This document shows positions 62,001 through 64,000 of a DNA stretch of 64,000 bases, in pieces (the first letter of the stretch is position 1; every line of letters starts with the position of its first letter). The translations under genes were made by a program, and so were the position numbers. The notes beneath the pieces were generated by a model. It saw only the letters and a list, made by a program, of their open reading frames with translations, had not been told where the DNA came from and searched no databases. This DNA is from Amoebophrya sp. A120 (lineage: Eukaryota > Protista > Dinoflagellata), in contig CAJINV010000001.1 in assembly GCA_905178155.1 (NCBI GenBank), positions 14,219,265-14,283,264 on the forward strand, read 5' to 3'.

Positions 62001-64000
62001 TTTGTACGAATAGACGGAAAACTCGTTTGCAGCTAGAATCCGATCACCGGGACGCAAGCCTCGACGCGGCCCCCAAAGCATGCTGTGAACAGCGGTGCGA
62101 TGCCGCCTCGCGCGGATCCGGTCATCTGTAACCTCAATCCCAAGGTCGCCGTCGGTCGCCCGCAGTTGCACAAACTGTCCCTCGCGCTGCTTCGAGAGGA
62201 AAGAGAGGACGAATCTTTTGACTGCCAGTGCGGTCGTTGGTTCCTTCGCAGCTGTGCTAGCCACTTCAGACGTTTTTTGCTGATCTTTCTTCTTTTTCTT
62301 CTTCTCCCCCCGGCGGTCGATGCCTACAATCTCGCCCTCTTTCTGCATCAAAGTTCGGAGTAGCGCCTCGTTCGGATCACCGCCCACCAGGTCTGCGATG
62401 TTGTCAACCGGAAAGATCTCTTTTCCGCGAGCAGCGTCCTGATATTCTAGAAACAGACCGATAAACACATCTCCAATTGCACACGGAATAATCGGTCGGC
62501 CCTCGTTGGGCGCCAGACTGTCAGCTTCGAATCCCCGCTCGACGTGGGAAATCCTGACACGCGGGAACTCTCGCCAGTCGAACCGCAGACCGGTTAAAAG
62601 TCGCAGTCGCTCGCCTGCGGGCACAGCCGGGTTTTCGTACCGCGCCATATTCTGTCCACTGCTGCCATAGCGGATGCTCAACGACTTCAATCCGAAGGCC
62701 GCATGATCCTCACTGGTAGCACTGAGTCCTGTCAAATGTGACAGTAGAAACGGCTGCGGCCCTTGGTTTTCTGCACGGCCCAGGGCCAGGCGCGCTCGCG
62801 CTGACAAATCTCGCCGACCAGCAGGTTGAACCGCCCCAAGATGCTTGTGTTTGTGTTTATTGTTCCGCACCTTCCGCTTTTCTGCGGCATCCAAACTGGT
62901 GTGAAACAAAAATTCTTGCTGCGCTTCGGACATGTGAAACAGCCAGGAGCAGACGTCCGCAGTCGTCGTGTACCTCCAGCGCTCGCTCTGCAGCCTGTAG
63001 ACGTGAGCGATGTCGTCAGTCAAGCGTGTCAGATTACTCCGAATCACGTCGTCCATTTGCAAAGTTGAAACTTCGTCGGTACTGGAGTACTTCAATGACT
63101 CTGCCTCCCGGGTGCCGAAATCTGGGTGCAAGCGGAAACTCCAGCGGAGATCGTCGTCGATAAAGCGAGAGCCACCTCTGCGCATCTTTGCGAGCTCGGC
63201 GTACTCCAGCAGCCACTGCCGGATCGAGGCGAAACGGTTCCGCTTCTCGTTTCGCGCGATCAAAACGGAGAAGTACCTCGAGCTGTCTTCGGGTCTGTCG
63301 GCAGGCACGAACTCTGACGCAGCAATGCCGTCATCAGTGTCCTCATCTGCATTGCCTCCGAGTGGATCGGTGGAAGTGCCAGTTGTTTTTTGCGTCTTGT
63401 CCTTCGTAGACTGTAGCTTCTCACTTTCATCTTTTTCAGATACCACAACTCCAGGCGTTGCTGAAGCAAGATACAGGCCTCGCTGAAAGAAGTGGGCGGC
63501 AATCACCGCAAACGACGAGACGCGCGCGATTTCGAAGGTGTAGTCCTCGTCGTCTTGCTCGTCGGCGCCAATCGATTTCATTGTGGCATTGAAAGCGAAT
63601 GGGTCTTGGTCCAACAGCGCTGCTTTGAATCCCCGCCGCGTGTAGATATTTTTCAGAGACTGGTCCAGGACCTGCGTCGGCTTTTCCACAAATTCACCAT
63701 CTTCGCCGACGAGCCCTGCGACGGAGGCATCTCTCACCGCTTTGTCCGCGCCTGCAGCAATCAGAGCGGCGGAAGGTTTTTCATCTTTTGGCTTTGGCGA
63801 TTGCGACTCTGCCTCTACGACTACAGCAGGGTGAGGGTGACCCAGCTTCTTATTTTTACCTTTCCCTTTCCCCTTTGCCTTTGCTGGTTTTTGCCCCGCC
63901 GGTTCTACTTTCCCTTTTCCCTTCAGCTTCGACGACGGTGTTTTCGCCTTGGAGGTTGTGCCAGGCGGTGAAGATGTGCTCCGACTCCCGCCGCGGCCAC
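53022..64000 (-). CDS. Giant uninterrupted ORF (over 3,600 aa, 5' end outside the window) with three paired PDZ-like modules and coiled coils
   Basis: The frame stays open from 63737 to the window edge. Three internal repeats have the pattern FGF.LDW..FP.V.V...GD.L..V.G.PV..VA.W.G.DP..AI, each followed by LG(F/I)...GL..GD.(I/V). Confidence 0.75.
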   Translation of the reverse strand, partial: GRGGSRSTSSPPGTTSKAKTPSSKLKGKGKVEPAGQKPAKAKGKGKGKNKKLGHPHPAVVVEAESQSPKPKDEKPSAALIAAGADKAVRDASVAGLVGEDGEFVEKPTQVLDQSLKNIYTRRGFKAALLDQDPFAFNATMKSIGADEQDDEDYTFEIARVSSFAVIAAHFFQRGLYLASATPGVVVSEKDESEKLQSTKDKTQKTTGTSTDPLGGNADEDTDDGIAASEFVPADRPEDSSRYFSVLIARNEKRNRFASIRQWLLEYAELAKMRRGGSRFIDDDLRWSFRLHPDFGTREAESLKYSSTDEVSTLQMDDVIRSNLTRLTDDIAHVYRLQSERWRYTTTADVCSWLFHMSEAQQEFLFHTSLDAAEKRKVRNNKHKHKHLGAVQPAGRRDLSARARLALGRAENQGPQPFLLSHLTGLSATSEDHAAFGLKSLSIRYGSSGQNMARYENPAVPAGERLRLLTGLRFDWREFPRVRISHVERGFEADSLAPNEGRPIIPCAIGDVFIGLFLEYQDAARGKEIFPVDNIADLVGGDPNEALLRTLMQKEGEIVGIDRRGEKKKKKKDQQKTSEVASTAAKEPTTALAVKRFVLSFLSKQREGQFVQLRATDGDLGIEVTDDRIRARRHRTAVHSMLWGPRRGLRPGDRILAANEFSVYSYKHLKVGSVEIILPGAAGAAAVGSDVAAATSEADALSSTPTVDLGPEFLRDEYLSQMRGPRPLHLLVFRPSEDFPESLKIREKRGERRRAVRLPEAWRNLPDATLKGDGDAEARNLLQQAPFLLPLLVPKATKSSGRQKAELEPVTEDFDKSLDLNEREDLQISQEEEDRLRRTVGKTTDLLKLTPAHLDLGLIGWQERKVDVKALQDAYASGAQKMLKLFGFVLDWQRFPLVTVQHVNTKKDKKTKKQSKAAGIGVEEGDVLLSVAGYPVTAVAQWPGIDPDAAIVRKLQQRGKDVLRWVRVNEMSEKKEEKKDEKSPAVYSFAFLRKKFLSQYVQLELPGIAFDALMSGGYDVGFYLTSSAVGAAAAQPKADEETEQQTPATERAAKAADLKKRIESLTLGEISLGSASVMGQLASLVQGESWASTNGLEEGDLVMAWDNGQLEDGKNRDALQKAIDASHRPPLQLLVRRERGFPRSMVKSQRDPTTFYYPTKWDTVAVAGKARLRRIEDPKGDQVFNPFSQKEEELMKKMETDGKTDMEQAAALERMRYEMRKKHSYFTTKQEQETLARTDISDMEKAKYFVMHLEEQIELDKRLKQQMIDKREEKKRKAEEHAEEARKKHEALQKEMAKFKKGRTLAQREDAARKVAKAAASLNKHLEDDPLQMSLDVKDITKSMLRAKAESSRNKKKTSPKSSSPSSSAQQRKSVPKARTKKLVEGRHRMPAVAASDDGASSSNSVAELAIARKMKKKTAPRTNNEDPKDQTAASGPALQLSPTVSVTDRSAVEISFRRLVLETLDLRLQTYRIASTPRTLPEKSAAEKVLRTRCDLLRKGFRRCLEGGLGDNVSSPLFDLHLLEASSTSKRHDFFAWLHPESQLLQKWHTIQAGASTGAEQDGIQTTAKNLRGNLANAISGVGMKNPTSQTTGSRDSNKSNHLHLNYRCKRQHDTSDFFQNLFFLHAQKHRLLRANILLGSLDVFPLTADAVAETANTAASPEHQALDDLEDAVLQIPDAADRVYVAARSKKEGATSTCSAPSLYVALGTHLDEDDPLLRRKKKSGEDDLAEEDAISGSSAASTPTLEAIKAGVRRTSKKAGASYGLGGLLAKFGAENTDNGDSDLAAAVADLDFLEIPSVRRQLFVPQKETEGAPDGGTSVGSSPEDKLSQLFASEELLPADMQKSGDGGKFWGEDVDDDEDGNALAGSSAIIAITLRQPRMRLEWELEETFLGRMPESPRASQQKRREVSKLRTDNFSSLATPDVLRIVARESLDKSRLALIQLLRDFTLSQAVRTPSRAEPSSVTRFDLFNQNGRFLDFVRGPVGAEDLVQDFVEKKSEAVGRAALVDELFSSWTASSRLAAVSVLPKNTATKPKRSILNQTSTKGTTPEAVRAGSTKNTAQEQGEEPTPSRLTRLVDGYLAGGLTFEEPLPPEDVNENSNDGAPGAGAAAGANKMKKGEGKKMTHQANMNDNGEVLPAHGKGTGKTKKKGKAFSPSGPALGADEDQDAFLFYRDTDNSTFEQDDTVYADAPARIFSDSDGWSEHGHGGAPFIFFPDEESSKSKVGKNKAGKGKKKKPGGKKKGKGKDAQLPPESTVSRAQREIPELLQSSCGRYVQETIGEKFWRQPLQLDWVTGEVECNREYLVTHGIQHTQLLATGTRLHRSLLADPLCAGPLHEVGMHFQRIVDESDGNLEDDLDQFDDLPPEQKQEFQQRRLELDTLATLTAFRYPLVMDSDVDNGIANNRRNKQIEIISAKSLKSCGDPSLQYFREEPDVLNPRIVMVDALECLDEQAAGGGEKDTHPEEGDANYDVTSGNTKKYKRNFRPLTLGPPPPPMLLRVFLAAAQANPGKSGLVGWKQHLIDEAAVHDGSLTACEKIKKLFGFELDWSGFPYVHVTWTAPPAGPTEELSKTQQYGIRVGDLLALVSGSPVENVASWHGQNPEDAIMRRIEKAISTEFGKPVCSFWFLPRSIHKQYRHLSYDRLKEDEARNIKGQHQKPTTVELGFKFETMASTTIRLTVPEHDEHRFSSTFAGKFGLQTGDSIVGLMIPPGSQQTPGTLDLAAPFSKFRLLTNVSQIINAVQNKGIPSRTEFLVRKDPKRAGKMTTRSFDESSILFEPRRPELRYGVENAFRGRDEAAAVSTKDGETQAVLTWTSYVFEKLETAPRRLRGILPDHALPDSAHWLSSRAFLLLVSFWKRRAVHIRSRYYRRNSVRVLEREIEKVRDLLKIFRPKCVLVWQYFHEEYERSGEAWGSFSENTAPREKHERKAYLGLKKQHREGEQMRQKFLLKEETRKRQEQFEKQKEDEERKKRFAKARAKLKGTDKVVHREFNQKEEEIYMYGGLDGFGDMEKALKMVMLERSYFSKAEAAVLQQIGDRRTDMEKALVLTTEFGKGLENLTDMQRAFFAANQKAQNIKEVDMYEGDHLASFVGGVSSPSASEEQVQDEDVLDATSSDSEGLAGGLNDLDSPRSSGRTGAREVDLASPVVPVASAPQTPLRNPREGPPLIATPADRAASSNNSSTSKDSIIFGGVTPPASAARSRRSRSLGRSSGGYVGAVSPIIAAQENDFAKGTMLPDAEGKNCANAVHPSRGEPNPNASEKTQLRPQFLFFDDTTADAQNAQQPDGQILATEAAGTNGVDQPQGPPSPTAEPNPASPQQQPPGEHAEQQAANGGATVTDHDGEVAALEQEEAEQIEQQGQKKTRPPKELPVTCDKQRPNIVTSITVPAHNVMHLDGNGATLRTAIPVHIDLESALEKRMRFELENLRDRLKKGLDRHKMRLTKGPRERKINWNLPDEPESYSESSVDEDFFATKPPSSGAKDKEKKKKKSSSSADKEDKKAKDKERGRKEPVKKEKGDQLFRKDSKGNTVPVTDAEHLEDKANVFRLRDGVYVDPGVDILNPMTFFDRLPFAPNDDEATDDLALLHSFGKRLYKDFSKGEDTMNASLRKSNRIMKEEKKQQKKILEQDKRGGKSKDARGGSTEPDVDNSAGE

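Noticed and set aside
1-64000. Many plus-strand ORFs of 100-320 aa
   Set aside because: They are antisense shadows of GC-rich minus-strand coding regions with no recognisable motifs.
1-64000. Autonomous transposase, recombinase or reverse transcriptase for the elements
   Set aside because: No DDE, tyrosine-recombinase or RT motifs were recognised in any ORF; a remote homologue cannot be excluded without profile searches.

Overview
Eukaryotic, gene-dense window in which every credible gene lies on the minus strand. Recognisable genes are a CC2D2A/MKS6-like ciliary transition-zone protein, a calcineurin-like metallophosphoesterase, a VAMP-type R-SNARE, an aldo-keto reductase fused to a DUF6817/TPR-like module, a DUF1826 protein, coronin and an SLC25 mitochondrial carrier. 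Several large uncharacterised ORFs are also present, one over 3,600 aa with three paired PDZ-like modules. The main signal is at least 17 short (112-409 bp) non-autonomous elements inside coding sequence. Nearly all start TAT and end ATA, all carry terminal inverted repeats from several unrelated families, and all are flanked by a 5-bp direct repeat. Removing the element plus one repeat copy restores the reading frame and, in several cases, conserved motifs. Most cannot be given GT/GC-AG ends in any register, yet they share genes with ordinary GT-AG introns. This fits the non-canonical inverted-repeat introners reported for the parasitic dinoflagellate Amoebophrya; the taxon is my inference. 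No transposase is visible. All coordinates and alignments were read by eye.
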